Positions 36,842 to 46,750 of a stretch of DNA of 64,000 nucleotides are shown here, in pieces. Under the pieces are notes generated by a model. The model was given only the letters and a program-made list of their open reading frames with translations. It did not search any database and had not been told where the DNA came from. The stretch is taken from the NCBI GenBank assembly GCA_016185705.1, contig JACPMZ010000003.1, positions 74,900 to 138,899 of the forward strand. Reading direction: 5' to 3'. The translations under genes were made by a program, and so were the position numbers. The stretch comes from Candidatus Woesearchaeota archaeon. Its GTDB lineage: Archaea; Nanobdellota; Nanobdellia; Woesearchaeales; UBA10216. Numbering within the stretch: position 1 is the first letter of the stretch; each line of letters begins with the position of its first letter.

Positions 36842-37615
36842 CTACTCCCAACTCTTTAATGCATCCTGCTCTACAAAATGCAGCTCTCCCGGAACAACGA
36901 GGCTGTGCGGCTGCCTGCCAAAATTTAAGCGCCTTAATTCAGCAGCAGTGCCTGACTTAATTGCGAAATCATCGCTGCCAACCCTCGCAACGCCAACGCA
37001 AAAGGTTTTTTCAGTAAAAACGCTCTGCTGCCGCCTTGACTCTATTTCAAGCAGAATGTCAATGGCTTCCTTCACAGTCATAAACTTATCCTGCTCCGGC
37101 TTAAGGTCAAGCATTAAAAGAGTGTGAAGCCCAAGGATTTTGTTCTGCCTAATGACTTCGTAAGAAGTCTCAGGCCGAAAGCTTTTATCCGGATAAGGAA
37201 TGGAAGTTGTTTTACCGAACTTGTAAATCTGCAAGCCGGTAATGCCGACAGCAGTCAAGATTGAAGCGTTGTGAATCACCTTAAATTTAACGTTATTTTT
37301 TTTGCAGCGAAGCATGATGTCAATATGAGTGGTTGCTCCGAACGGATCTCCAATAACGAGCAGGGCAACGTCCTTAACTTTAGCAGCCTCAATGAGCTCA
37401 TCATCCTGCTCAACAAATCTGCGGCCAACAACCTTAATTTCCCTGCCATAAAACTTTTCCAATGAAGAAACGCTGCAGTCAATCAAGCTGGTATAGTTTT
37501 CCAGATAAACCTCATCGCAGCTCTTAATTGCTTCCAGCCCCTTAGCCGTAATGTCTTTCTCGTCATTCAGCCCGATGCCGATTAAGTAAAGTGTCATTAC
37601 AGCAGGCAACATCAA
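36842..37615 (-). CDS. dphB: diphthine synthase (diphthamide biosynthesis methyltransferase; likely start MTLYLIGIGL at 37603)
   Basis: tetrapyrrole-methylase-fold signature LYLIGIGL...GDPFGATTH typical of Dph5/DphB. Confidence 0.85.
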   Translation of the reverse strand: MMLPAVMTLYLIGIGLNDEKDITAKGLEAIKSCDEVYLENYTSLIDCSVSSLEKFYGREIKVVGRRFVEQDDELIEAAKVKDVALLVIGDPFGATTHIDIMLRCKKNNVKFKVIHNASILTAVGITGLQIYKFGKTTSIPYPDKSFRPETSYEVIRQNKILGLHTLLMLDLKPEQDKFMTVKEAIDILLEIESRRQQSVFTEKTFCVGVARVGSDDFAIKSGTAAELRRLNFGRQPHSLVVPGELHFVEQDALKSWE

Positions 37616-37644
37616 ACCATTTATAAAAGCTTTTGAATTACGGC

Positions 37645-37782
37645 CTTATTGAAAAGTTCACGCAGCCTCGCTCTGTTGCTGGCTTCCCTTCCTACTTTTT
37701 CCCTCCCTTAAATATTCAAGGGAGGGAAAAAGCAGGAAGAACGGCGGGATAAACGCAGCGGTAAAGTGAACTTTTTTCAATA
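37645..37782. mobile_element. MITE-like element, subfamily 2: TIRs ccttattgaaaagttcac / gtgaacttttttcaatag with central hairpin 37688-37738 (cttcctacttttttccctccc TTAAATATTCAA gggagggaaaaagcaggaag)
   Basis: 17-bp inverted termini; interior homologous to 53029-53110 copy. Confidence 0.6.
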
Positions 37783-37849
37783 GCACCGGAATTACAAATG
37801 TATTTTAGACCAAGGAAAAGGAAAGAGCAGCGTTTATTTGATTGAACTG

Positions 37850-38284
37850 CTATCTGCTCGCTTCTGCCAATGAAACGCGCTTTAACTCTTTTACCCTGTC
37901 AAAATCAGCGTCGTCTGTGATTATTTCCTTTTCGCCGTGCAGGATTGCTGTTGCGGCGTGAAGGGCGTCGCGGGGGCGCAGCGCACATTTGATTGCAAGT
38001 TCTGCCGCTTTTTTTGCAATAGGAACAGTAACATCCTGTGCACTTAAATTTGGCAAGCTTAAAACAATCCCGCCTTTCTCAACAGCCTCCTTTAAGGGCA
38101 TTGATGCCCTGCAAATCCAAGTTACTTCATCCCATGTTAAAATTGACGTGGAAGCTGCAATGCGCATATCAGCAATTTCTTGGAGAATATGCTTTGATTG
38201 AACGGCTTTTGCGTCACTTAAATCGCCTATTGCCGCCGCGTAAATAAATACATTAGCGTCTAAGTAAACCATATTCTTCCTCAT
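37850..38284 (-). CDS. vapC: PIN-domain toxin VapC
   Basis: MVYLDANVFIYA PIN signature; downstream of AbrB-type antitoxin. Confidence 0.85.
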   Translation of the reverse strand: MRKNMVYLDANVFIYAAAIGDLSDAKAVQSKHILQEIADMRIAASTSILTWDEVTWICRASMPLKEAVEKGGIVLSLPNLSAQDVTVPIAKKAAELAIKCALRPRDALHAATAILHGEKEIITDDADFDRVKELKRVSLAEASR

Positions 38285-38522
38285 ACTGTTCGTTGAGCCT
38301 CTTCTTAATCCATTTAACAGGATCGCCTTTTATTTTTATCCTGCGGCTTGAACTGCAGAATTCTTCAACAATCTGCTGTGGTGTTTTTGCAGGCTTCACA
38401 ACCATCTCATCGCCTTTTACTTCAACAGTCACTTCACTCCCTGCACGAAGCCCAAGCTGTTCCCGAATGTCCTTTGGCACAACAAACTGGCCGCGTTCGC
38501 CAATTGCCCTTTTAACCAGCAT
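38253..38522 (-). CDS. vapB: AbrB/SpoVT/MazE-family antitoxin VapB
   Basis: RGQFVVPKDIREQLGLRAGSEVTVEV swapped-hairpin motif. Confidence 0.75.
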   Translation of the reverse strand: MLVKRAIGERGQFVVPKDIREQLGLRAGSEVTVEVKGDEMVVKPAKTPQQIVEEFCSSSRRIKIKGDPVKWIKKRLNEQYEEEYGLLRR

Positions 38523-38703
38523 CTTAAACCACCTTTCCAGCAGCCACAGCCGTTAAAATTCATACCTGCTAATCAGAAAAAGTATGAATTTATATATAAA
38601 GTTTTCTGATTTGATTGGCTTTAATTTTTACTATCAGTTAGTAGTTAAAATAGAAAGATTTATAAAGGGGCGGCGCAGCATGAAACAAAGAGGGGGTATC
38701 AGA

Positions 38704-39081
38704 ATGGCAAACATTGTAGTAGCGGATGATGAACCTGCGATAAGCGGATTTTACAGAGACGCGCTTGAAATGCTTGGGCACACTGTTTATGCGGCAGGAA
38801 ATGGAAGGGAAGCAGCATCGTTACTTGAAGAACTTACTGGTGCCGGTACTGATGTTGGGCTTGTAATCACTGATTATAATATGCCAGGCATGAGTGGAAT
38901 TGAGCTGCTCCAATTTATGAGTGAGGGGCAATATGGAATGCAGGCCATAATGATATCATCTGATTCAGATAATGCAGTGGCTGAGAAAGCGGAGAGTGCA
39001 GGGGCAGCCTTTTACAAAAAGCCAATAAGGCTGCAGGATCTAATTGAAGCAGTAGAATCAGCGCTTGCGGGAAAAAAATGA
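38704..39081 (+). CDS. stand-alone CheY-like response-regulator receiver domain (longer ORF from 38584 probably not translated)
   Basis: IVVADDEP...D(Y)NMPGMSG...K receiver motifs; ATGA overlap with downstream GH15 gene. Confidence 0.75.
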   Translation: MANIVVADDEPAISGFYRDALEMLGHTVYAAGNGREAASLLEELTGAGTDVGLVITDYNMPGMSGIELLQFMSEGQYGMQAIMISSDSDNAVAEKAESAGAAFYKKPIRLQDLIEAVESALAGKK

Positions 39082-40076
39082 TAGCCAGAAGCATACAGAT
39101 ACTTGAAAAGCTGCAGCATCCGACAGGGCTGTTCAGCGCGAGCAGCGCTGCCGGAACAGGGTATAACAAGTCATGGATAAGGGATAATGTTTATGCTGCT
39201 CTCGGCTTTGAAGCTGTGAAGGATAATGCTGCGGTGAGGAAAGCTTACCGGGCGATGCTGGACATACTTCTGAAGCACGAATACAAAATAGACTGGATGA
39301 TAAGGCAGCCAACTCCCAAAGAAGCATTCAGGTACATACATGCACGCTACAACCCGCGAACAATGGAAGAGATATATGAGCCGTGGGGCAACAAGCAGAA
39401 CGACGCAGTAGGAGCAGTGCTGTTCAAAATTGGAGAGCTTGAAAGCAAAGGCATCAGAATCATACGCAACAGCAGCGATGTCAGGATTCTGCAAAAGCTT
39501 GTAAATTATCTTGCAGCTATTGAATACTGGCACGACCGCGACAACGGAATGTGGGAGGAAAGCGAGGAGGTGCATGCTTCAAGCGTTGGAGCGTGCGTTG
39601 CCGGATTAAAAATGATTCAGAAAATTGACGGAATTGAGGTTGAGCAGCAGCTGATAAAAAAAGGGGAAGAAACACTGAATGGACTGCTGCCGGCAGAGTC
39701 AGAAACAAAGGAAGCTGATTTGGCATTGCTGTCGCTGATTTATCCGTATAATGTTGTTAATGCAATGCAGCGGGATGCGATTTTAAACAATGTTGAACAG
39801 CAACTTGCCAGGAACAGAGGAGTGATAAGGTACAAAGGCGACAAGTATTACAGCAACGGCTCAGAGGCAGAATGGTGCTTCGGATTCCCGTGGCTCGCAA
39901 TAATTTATAAAAACCTTAACAGGGCTGACAAATACGCATATTACCTTAGAAAAACCCTTGAAATCGCAAACCCGGAGGGAGAGATTCCTGAACTTTACTA
40001 CGGCAACACCGCAGAATGCAATGAGAACTCGCCGCTTGCGTGGGCTCAGTCGCTTAGCGTGGTGGCGAGCGCATAA
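39078..40076 (+). CDS. glycoside hydrolase family 15-like (glucoamylase/glucodextranase-type alpha/alpha6 barrel) protein
   Basis: SWIRDN and GMWEE motifs characteristic of GH15. Confidence 0.65.
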   Translation: MIARSIQILEKLQHPTGLFSASSAAGTGYNKSWIRDNVYAALGFEAVKDNAAVRKAYRAMLDILLKHEYKIDWMIRQPTPKEAFRYIHARYNPRTMEEIYEPWGNKQNDAVGAVLFKIGELESKGIRIIRNSSDVRILQKLVNYLAAIEYWHDRDNGMWEESEEVHASSVGACVAGLKMIQKIDGIEVEQQLIKKGEETLNGLLPAESETKEADLALLSLIYPYNVVNAMQRDAILNNVEQQLARNRGVIRYKGDKYYSNGSEAEWCFGFPWLAIIYKNLNRADKYAYYLRKTLEIANPEGEIPELYYGNTAECNENSPLAWAQSLSVVASA

Positions 40077-40191
40077 ATACGGATGCAAGCTCGCACATTC
40101 TGTTCTTCTGCAATCTTTACTGATTCTTGTTCTGCTGAAAACAGAACATTTTCACAGTTATACCATTGTGGCGGCGATGATTAAAACAGAG

Positions 40192-41901
40192 TCAGCCGGA
40201 TTTCAGCTCCTGCAGCAGCTCAATCAGCGTAGAGCAGCTCCACGCCTGACTGAGGCAGCCCTCTGCTTTTTGCTGCGACGCAGAACTCAGCTCAGAGCAG
40301 CACCCAACAGCGCCAAGCCACAGCAAATCATTGACTGAAGCATCTTTTATTTTCTTAATGTAATAGCCGTATTTTTTCCTGTTGAGCCGGGCCATAACCA
40401 CTGCTGCCAAGTTGTTTATCCAATACCAGGAATCCCCGCGATGATATGATTTGCTGTTCTCTCCAGTGTAATTTTCCTGGAAAAGCGGATGCGCCTTGTC
40501 AATGCTGGCTAAGCCGCCCCAGTCAAGCCACAAATGCGGGAGCACATTGTCAAAGCATGTTTCCCATTCTTTCTTGCTTAAAAGCTTAGGATAAGCGTAA
40601 GCTGCTATGAACACGTTCGGCCTGATGGTGAAATCAAAGGCCAAATCTGCCAGGTATTTCCTGTTCCAGAAGCCAGCCCTGGCCTTATCTGCCATCGCTG
40701 ATTCCTGATTCCTGACAGACTGTTTTTTTGACAGCAGCCAGAGAAAGTTAAGCGAAGCCAATGTCAGGGCCTGGACTTCCACCGGGAAGCCCTCCCTTCC
40801 GTTATCGCCAAAATCCGTGTCCATCCACGACTCGTTTTTGCTGCTAAAAATCAATCCGCTCCTGCCGTAAAACTCCTGCTGCCGCCCAAGCGAGTTTTTC
40901 AGAGCTGCTTTCACTTCCAAAATCTCTGAGCCGGTCAATGCCTTCGCTTCGTAAAGCTGCCTCAGCCTGAAAAAAAGCCAGCCAACTGAATCCGATGAGC
41001 CGATGCCTATGCTGGCAATCCTCCCATCCCTGCCGATCCTGCCAAGATACCTAAAAAGCAGCCTTTTGCGCAGGAGCATGCCTGCTGCAGATGAAGAAAT
41101 GACAGAGTCCCTGCTCCAATACTGATAAAACCAGGGCAGGCCTGCATAAACATCCTCAGCTGTAACAAGAGCGTCATATGAGGACTTTGCCAGCTCCAGG
41201 ACGCTGCTTTTCCTGCTCTTCTCCTGCAGGCCATGCATATGGCTGAAAACGTATTCTGACTCTGAAAGAGCAGCATCCTCGCTTAAAGCAGCTGAAAAAA
41301 CCATTTTTGAGGCATGCACAGAGAACGCCCTGTAAACATACCGTTCAGAAAGCGAGCCCCGCTGCCTGTCAAGCCTGTAATCGCGCTTCACCCAGTGGCC
41401 CAGCTTATTACAAGCGCCATCAGACCTGACGGCAAGATACAGCTTAAACTCATCCAAACCGGCTGCGGAGTCCCTGCCGTCTGTTTTTTTCACAAACTCC
41501 ACAACAAGGGCGTTGTCTTTGAAGTGTGCATTGTAGTACCTTCCCCATTCCCTGAAGTCAGAAGCAAGCATGCAGTCAAGAAAAACATCCACATCCGCAC
41601 TTTTGGAGAGGACATAGCAAAGCGAGTTGTAGTAATGCGGCAGGAAAACGCTTTCACTACGGCTGCCCCTGATTATGGCTACCCTGCCCGGATAATAATC
41701 GAACTGCTGCGGCACATCTGCTGCCTGCAGGGATTCAATGACTTTGTAAAGCCTGTTTCCAAGCGATGCAAAGTATCCGTGGTACTTGCTTTCCGGATTA
41801 GACGAGAAACTAAAAAAAGAACCTGCTCTGTTTGTAAGAATAAAGCCGGGATTGTCAATGTCCTTTGAAAGCCCCAAACATTTGTTGTTTACCGTTGCCA
41901 T
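40192..41901 (-). CDS. amylo-alpha-1,6-glucosidase / glycogen-debranching-enzyme-like (GDE_C-type) protein
   Basis: 569 aa alpha/alpha-barrel-like sequence (DSWYWINN...), in alpha-glucan gene neighbourhood; family call by context + weak motif. Confidence 0.5.
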   Translation of the reverse strand: MATVNNKCLGLSKDIDNPGFILTNRAGSFFSFSSNPESKYHGYFASLGNRLYKVIESLQAADVPQQFDYYPGRVAIIRGSRSESVFLPHYYNSLCYVLSKSADVDVFLDCMLASDFREWGRYYNAHFKDNALVVEFVKKTDGRDSAAGLDEFKLYLAVRSDGACNKLGHWVKRDYRLDRQRGSLSERYVYRAFSVHASKMVFSAALSEDAALSESEYVFSHMHGLQEKSRKSSVLELAKSSYDALVTAEDVYAGLPWFYQYWSRDSVISSSAAGMLLRKRLLFRYLGRIGRDGRIASIGIGSSDSVGWLFFRLRQLYEAKALTGSEILEVKAALKNSLGRQQEFYGRSGLIFSSKNESWMDTDFGDNGREGFPVEVQALTLASLNFLWLLSKKQSVRNQESAMADKARAGFWNRKYLADLAFDFTIRPNVFIAAYAYPKLLSKKEWETCFDNVLPHLWLDWGGLASIDKAHPLFQENYTGENSKSYHRGDSWYWINNLAAVVMARLNRKKYGYYIKKIKDASVNDLLWLGAVGCCSELSSASQQKAEGCLSQAWSCSTLIELLQELKSG

Positions 41902-41903
41902 TG

Positions 41904-42881
41904 CTAAAATTCGGACTCCCCGCGATAAAACCTGGCAGCATCCTCGGGCGAGACTGTGTTGATGGTTATGCCGCTTGACAGCTCAAAGCCAGCCCAGTTG
42001 GCTATTCTTGGAGTTACTTCAACATGAAAATGCAGGTCGCTGCCAGCAGGAGAGTAATGCAAAAAATAATTATAAGCAGCGTTCAGCTTTTTCAGCTTCC
42101 TCAAGATGCTTAAAAGGATTTTTGCAAGGGAAGAAAGCTCCTCTTTGGTTAAGTCAGCGAGCGAAGTTACATGCCTTTTCGGAAAAAGCCAGACCTCATA
42201 ATTGAACCGGGAAGCATAAGGCGCAAAGGCAACTGCATCCGCGTTTTCAAAACACCTCCTGAAGCTGCCTTTCTCAATATCAATGATTTTGCAGTACCTG
42301 CACGGCTTTCCGGAAGCATCAGCTTCCTGCTGAACAATCTGCGGAATGAATGCTGTTGCAATAATCTGCGTGTGGCTGTGCTGCAAAGAAGCGCCGCCTT
42401 TGCTGCCGTGATTCTTGAAAATGGCAACGTAATTTATGCTGCGCCTGCCGCTTAACTCAGCAATTCTGCCTTTGTATATGGAAAAAAGCTCAGCTAATTC
42501 AGCGCTGCCCAAATCCCAGAGCTGCTTTTTTTTTGAAGGGGTCTCAACAATAATCTCATGCATGCCAAAAGCATCAGCAAAGGTAAAAAAAGTGTTGTCA
42601 GTCCTTACATCAGGATTGCCGAGAATGTCAACTGCAGGAAACTTGTTTGCAAACCACCTGAAGCGCCATTTCCTGTTTCCAATGCGGCCAATTTCAGCCG
42701 GAGTAAGGTGCTCATTGCCGGGGCAGAAAAAGCACAAGTCCTTCCCGGAGCTGTCAGGTTCACGCAGCTCCTGAGGCCGCCTGCCCCTGCCAGAAGCTAT
42801 AATCACCCAGCGGTCCAGGATGTAGTCTTTTCTCAGCTCCATATTATGCCCTCTCCAAAGCAAGATTGTAGGCGTTTTCAT
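41904..42881 (-). CDS. GalT-like HIT-family nucleotidyltransferase (galactose-1-phosphate uridylyltransferase / ADP-glucose phosphorylase type); likely start MELRKDYI at 42842
   Basis: CFFCPGNE (CxxCxGxE zinc site) and HSHTQ (HxHxQ) active-site motifs. Confidence 0.75.
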   Translation of the reverse strand: MKTPTILLWRGHNMELRKDYILDRWVIIASGRGRRPQELREPDSSGKDLCFFCPGNEHLTPAEIGRIGNRKWRFRWFANKFPAVDILGNPDVRTDNTFFTFADAFGMHEIIVETPSKKKQLWDLGSAELAELFSIYKGRIAELSGRRSINYVAIFKNHGSKGGASLQHSHTQIIATAFIPQIVQQEADASGKPCRYCKIIDIEKGSFRRCFENADAVAFAPYASRFNYEVWLFPKRHVTSLADLTKEELSSLAKILLSILRKLKKLNAAYNYFLHYSPAGSDLHFHVEVTPRIANWAGFELSSGITINTVSPEDAARFYRGESEF

Positions 42882-44613
42882 AATTCTTAATCATGCGCTT
42901 CCAATCAGTCAATGATGCAAGGTGCTTCGCATCTATCTTGTTCTTAATGCGCTCCTGCACGCCAAGCGAGCCATAATCATCCAGGATTTTTGCCAGCGCT
43001 TTCACAACCTCATCATCACCGACTCCAAAGCGCCTGACGACAAAAATGCCGGGAGATTCCTTATCCCGGCTTTGGTCGCATATATACCTCCCGTAGCCCG
43101 AAAGGTCAGTGGTTACCGAAGCCACCCCCAATGCAGCAGCTTCAACCGGAGTATAGCCCCACGGCTCATAGAAGCTCGGGAACACCCCCAAATGCGCGCC
43201 CTGCATTGCCTCGTAATAGGACAGGTCCAGCAAGCCATCCGAGCCAGTCAGATAAATAGGATAGAATACCACCTTAACCCGGTCAGCCTTCCTGTTCAGC
43301 AGGCCGGAAGCCTTAAAAGCATTAAATATCTGGTCAGAATCCTCGCTATGAACAGTATGCGTGGACAAAGGAGGAACCCCTGCCCGCTTAAACCTCAACA
43401 GCTTCTTCCTAACCTCATCAAGCAGCGAAGGACCAAGAAGATAGCTTTCATCGCAGGTTGACTTTGACGCAATCATGGACGTCAAAAGCCGCTCCATTAA
43501 AACTTCGTGCTCGTCTGTAATTGAATCCTTCACATCCTTAAAAAAAGACTTGTTTTCAGTCAACTCCGGCCTAATCTCCCCAACATTTCCCGGAACCCAG
43601 AAAAAAGCAACAATGGTTTTGCTGGACTTCCGCGCCTTCAGCTTCCGGTTCAGGTCGCCCAAAGCCCTTATGAAGATGTCAATGCCCTTTGCCCTGAACT
43701 CATACCTGGAAGCAAGGAAGTAAATCAGCGTGTCGTCAATGTCAAAGTCATAATACGGGAAAAAGTAGTAAAGCAAAAACTCCTTAATCTTGCTTTTGTA
43801 CAAGCGGTGCTTTATTGAGGCCTCCTCAAATGTCGGAAATTTGCCTGTATTAAGCCCGTTTGGCAGCACAACATCAACTTTTCTGCCCAAAAATTTTTCC
43901 GCCTCAATTGCCGTAATAGGGCTTACTGTCGTAAAGACATCAGCATTCTTTGCCGCCTGCTCCTCAATCTGGTGCTTGGGCAACATGCTCGTGCGGTACT
44001 CGGGCTTGCCGAGGTCAGCAGAAAACTTTGCATCATAAATGTCAAGCCCTGCGCCGGCAAAGCTCCTGCCCAAAACAGTTGCGTGGGTAGTGAAAACAGA
44101 GGCAACATTCGCCTTTCTGCCTTTCAAGTAAAGCAAAGCAGCGCCAGCCAGCCACTCATGGCAGTGCGCAATGGCCTTTTTGCCTTTTGAAAATTCTTCC
44201 ACAGCCATGCCTGCAGCATAAGAAAAAATAACAGGCTCGTCAAAATCAAAGTAAGAGGTGTACAGGGAATCTATCTTAAACATGTCCCATAACTCGGCCT
44301 TTACAAAGTCCTTTCTTGCAGTAAAACCGCTGAAGTCCAGGAGAATTGCACTGATTTCCGTGTCTGTAAGCCACTTGCCAAAATGGCAGACAATACCCTG
44401 CTCCTTCAGCCTGTTAAATGCGGCGTTAAACTCGTGGGGAACCGGCTCCTCAATAAACTCTGACCTGTGCTTATCGGGAAAATAAGGACCTATGGCAAAG
44501 TATTTCTCATAGCGGTCCCTGACATCAGCGGATTTGCTCTTAATAACAGTGTAAATGCCGCCTACCTTGTTGCAAACTTCCCAAGAAATCTCAAACAAGT
44601 ACGTGCTGCTCAC
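42844..44613 (-). CDS. glycogen synthase, GT3 (eukaryotic-type) family
   Basis: N-terminus FEISWEVCNKVGGIYTVIKSKS matches GT3 glycogen synthase signature (EVSWEVANKVGGIYTV). Confidence 0.8.
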   Translation of the reverse strand: MSSTYLFEISWEVCNKVGGIYTVIKSKSADVRDRYEKYFAIGPYFPDKHRSEFIEEPVPHEFNAAFNRLKEQGIVCHFGKWLTDTEISAILLDFSGFTARKDFVKAELWDMFKIDSLYTSYFDFDEPVIFSYAAGMAVEEFSKGKKAIAHCHEWLAGAALLYLKGRKANVASVFTTHATVLGRSFAGAGLDIYDAKFSADLGKPEYRTSMLPKHQIEEQAAKNADVFTTVSPITAIEAEKFLGRKVDVVLPNGLNTGKFPTFEEASIKHRLYKSKIKEFLLYYFFPYYDFDIDDTLIYFLASRYEFRAKGIDIFIRALGDLNRKLKARKSSKTIVAFFWVPGNVGEIRPELTENKSFFKDVKDSITDEHEVLMERLLTSMIASKSTCDESYLLGPSLLDEVRKKLLRFKRAGVPPLSTHTVHSEDSDQIFNAFKASGLLNRKADRVKVVFYPIYLTGSDGLLDLSYYEAMQGAHLGVFPSFYEPWGYTPVEAAALGVASVTTDLSGYGRYICDQSRDKESPGIFVVRRFGVGDDEVVKALAKILDDYGSLGVQERIKNKIDAKHLASLTDWKRMIKNYENAYNLALERA

Positions 44614-44690
44614 TCATCTCAACCCCTTTTCCCAGAATAATTGGCAGATTAGTATAAAATTCTATTGTTTTTTGGTAAAGCCAGGTTAAG

Positions 44691-44940
44691 TGCCAAAACC
44701 GTGCGCACACTGCGCAGATTTTTTTCTCTTTTCAGAAATTCAGCTCTGTTCTTTACTCCGCGCTTCATCTCCACCTCCCTTAATTTTTGAAGGGAGGTGG
44801 AGATGAAGCGCAATGGCAGCTTAAGCATGCGGTTTTTCGGAGATACCCAGCTTAGAAAGGAAAAAAACAGCCAAGCAGGCATCGGCAAGCTGAGGATTGC
44901 AGGGCATGCAAAACTTTACATTACTGCCTGCCCTGATTAT
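44691..44940. mobile_element. degenerate/composite MITE-like copy C (left arm ggtaaagccaggttaagtgccaaaaccgtgcgcacactgcgcag; right arm cagccaagcaggcatcggcaagctgaggattgcagg...acattact) interrupted by a different hairpin (44757-44810, cgcttcatctccacctccc TTAATTTTTGAA gggaggtggagatgaagcg)
   Basis: arms homologous to copies A/B; central segment replaced/inserted. Confidence 0.5.
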
Positions 44941-45021
44941 AGTCAGAACATAGTGCTAAAAGAAAAAGTTTAAATACAATCAGTGCAATAAAGCTGGCGG
45001 GGTTCTAAAGAGGAAGGCGAA

Positions 45022-45330
45022 TTGAGAAGAACATTTTTGCAATTAAGGGAGCACATCCTGAGGGCATTGCTTGAAGGCCCTCTGACAATAAACCAGGTTG
45101 CCTGCAGGACAGGCATCAACTGGCGCACTGCAAAGCACCATCTCGAATTCCTTAAGTATAGAGGCATGGCAGCCGAGGTAGTAAGCTCATCCTATGTTAA
45201 GATATACAGGATAACAGAACAAGGCGGAAGCAGTTTCCCTGTGAAGCAGGCAGTAAAACGCGAGGCATTAGAAGTTGAGATTACACTTAATGGGAAGTCC
45301 CGCGAACTTGAAAAGGTGGAAATAAGATGA
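45022..45330 (+). CDS. winged-helix transcriptional regulator (ArsR/TrmB-like), 4-bp overlap with GT4 gene
   Basis: LTINQVACRTGINWRTAKHHLEFLKYRGMA HTH + wing. Confidence 0.55.
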   Translation: MRRTFLQLREHILRALLEGPLTINQVACRTGINWRTAKHHLEFLKYRGMAAEVVSSSYVKIYRITEQGGSSFPVKQAVKREALEVEITLNGKSRELEKVEIR

Positions 45331-46523
45331 GGGTGCTGATGTTTGGCTGGGAGTTCCCGCCTTTCAGCTCAGGCGGCCTGGGGTCAGCGTGCTATGGCCT
45401 TGCAAGAGCATTGAGCAGGGAGAATGTTGACATAACATTTGTGCTCCCGCAGGCAAACCCCATTGAATATGATTTCATGAAGGTAATAGCTGCCAACATA
45501 CCAAGACTCAAGCTGCGCGGCATAAAGTCCATGATAAGCGGATATGCAACTTCGCATGAATATGAGCAAAAAATTTTTCAGATGAAAATGAAAGCAGACC
45601 CTTCACTGGAAATTTACGGCCAGAACCTTATTGAAGAAGTTGAGAGGTATGCGAACAAAGCGGCGGAAATTGCCAGGGAGGAGGCGCACGACTTAATTCA
45701 CGCGCACGACTGGCTTACATTCAAAGCAGGCATAGCAGCAAAAAAAGCGTCAGGAAAACCGCTGGTTGTGCACGTGCACGCAACCGAATTTGACAGGACA
45801 GGAGGGCATGGAGTGAACCAGTACGTGTATGACGCGGAAAGGGAAGGCATGCATGCTGCAGACGCAATAATCGCTGTCAGCAACTACACCAAATCAAAGA
45901 TAATCCGCTACTATGCTGTAAGCCCTGAAAAAGTGCACGTTGTGCACAACGCCATTGACATTGACAGCACAGCAGCAAACCCGCAGCACAAAACAGGCAA
46001 GGTGGTGCTGTACCTTGGAAGGGTAACGCTGCAGAAAGGCCCGGACTATTTTGTTGACGCTGCGAAAAAAGTGCTGGAAAAAGAGCCTGATGCAAGGTTC
46101 ATTATCGCAGGAAAAGGCGACATGGAAACACGCCTTATCAACAAGGCAGCCAGCCTCGGCATATCTGACCGGGTGCTGTTCACAGGATTTTTGCGGGACA
46201 GCGACATAGCAAAGGCATACAGCATGGCAAGCTTGTATGTAATGCCCTCAGTTTCAGAGCCATTCGGAATAACTCCGCTGGAAGCAGCAGGCAACTGCAC
46301 GCCTGTTATGATATCAAAGCAGTCAGGCGTTTCAGAAGTATTAAACCACTGCCTTCGCGTTGACTTCTGGGACGTCAATGAAATGGCAAACAAAATACTG
46401 GCAGTGCTGCATCACAGGGAGCTGCAGGAAGCTCTTACAGAAAACAGCTTCCGGGAAGTCAGCCGAATGAGCTGGGCAAGCTCAGCCAAAAAATGCATGC
46501 AGGTATATGAGGCAGTGAAATGA
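45327..46523 (+). CDS. glycosyltransferase family 4 (retaining GT-B)
   Basis: EPFGITPLEAAGNCTPV (E-x7-E) motif; GT-B two-domain architecture. Confidence 0.8.
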   Translation: MRVLMFGWEFPPFSSGGLGSACYGLARALSRENVDITFVLPQANPIEYDFMKVIAANIPRLKLRGIKSMISGYATSHEYEQKIFQMKMKADPSLEIYGQNLIEEVERYANKAAEIAREEAHDLIHAHDWLTFKAGIAAKKASGKPLVVHVHATEFDRTGGHGVNQYVYDAEREGMHAADAIIAVSNYTKSKIIRYYAVSPEKVHVVHNAIDIDSTAANPQHKTGKVVLYLGRVTLQKGPDYFVDAAKKVLEKEPDARFIIAGKGDMETRLINKAASLGISDRVLFTGFLRDSDIAKAYSMASLYVMPSVSEPFGITPLEAAGNCTPVMISKQSGVSEVLNHCLRVDFWDVNEMANKILAVLHHRELQEALTENSFREVSRMSWASSAKKCMQVYEAVK

Positions 46524-46572
46524 GGCAGAGGAGCCAGCCAGGGCACAAAAGCTGACGACACCCAAAAATGAG

Positions 46573-46689
46573 GCTATGCCAGCTTTTGCGTGTTTCGCTG
46601 CCCGCTTTTTATTCCCTCCCTCGCAAATTAAGGGAGGGAATAAAAAGCGGGCGAGGCAGCGGAAAAAACACACTTAACTTGAAATTACC
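46573..46689. mobile_element. MITE-like copy D (reverse orientation) with CCCTCCC hairpin 46597-46653, flanked by 13-bp direct repeat acccaaaaatgag (46560-46572 / 46687-46699)
   Basis: right end cacacttaacttgaaattacc = reverse complement of family left TIR; exact flanking duplication. Confidence 0.65.
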
Positions 46690-46750
46690 CAAAAATGAGA
46701 AGATTTAAAAATTGCGGAATACACATTAAAGCACTTAAAGAGGGCGGGGT

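Noticed and set aside
45384-46393. Minus-strand ORFs (61-115 aa) inside the GT4 gene and similar embedded ORFs in glmS, glmM and the GT4-HAD gene
   Set aside because: They are embedded in strongly supported conserved-enzyme ORFs on the opposite strand and are shadow ORFs.
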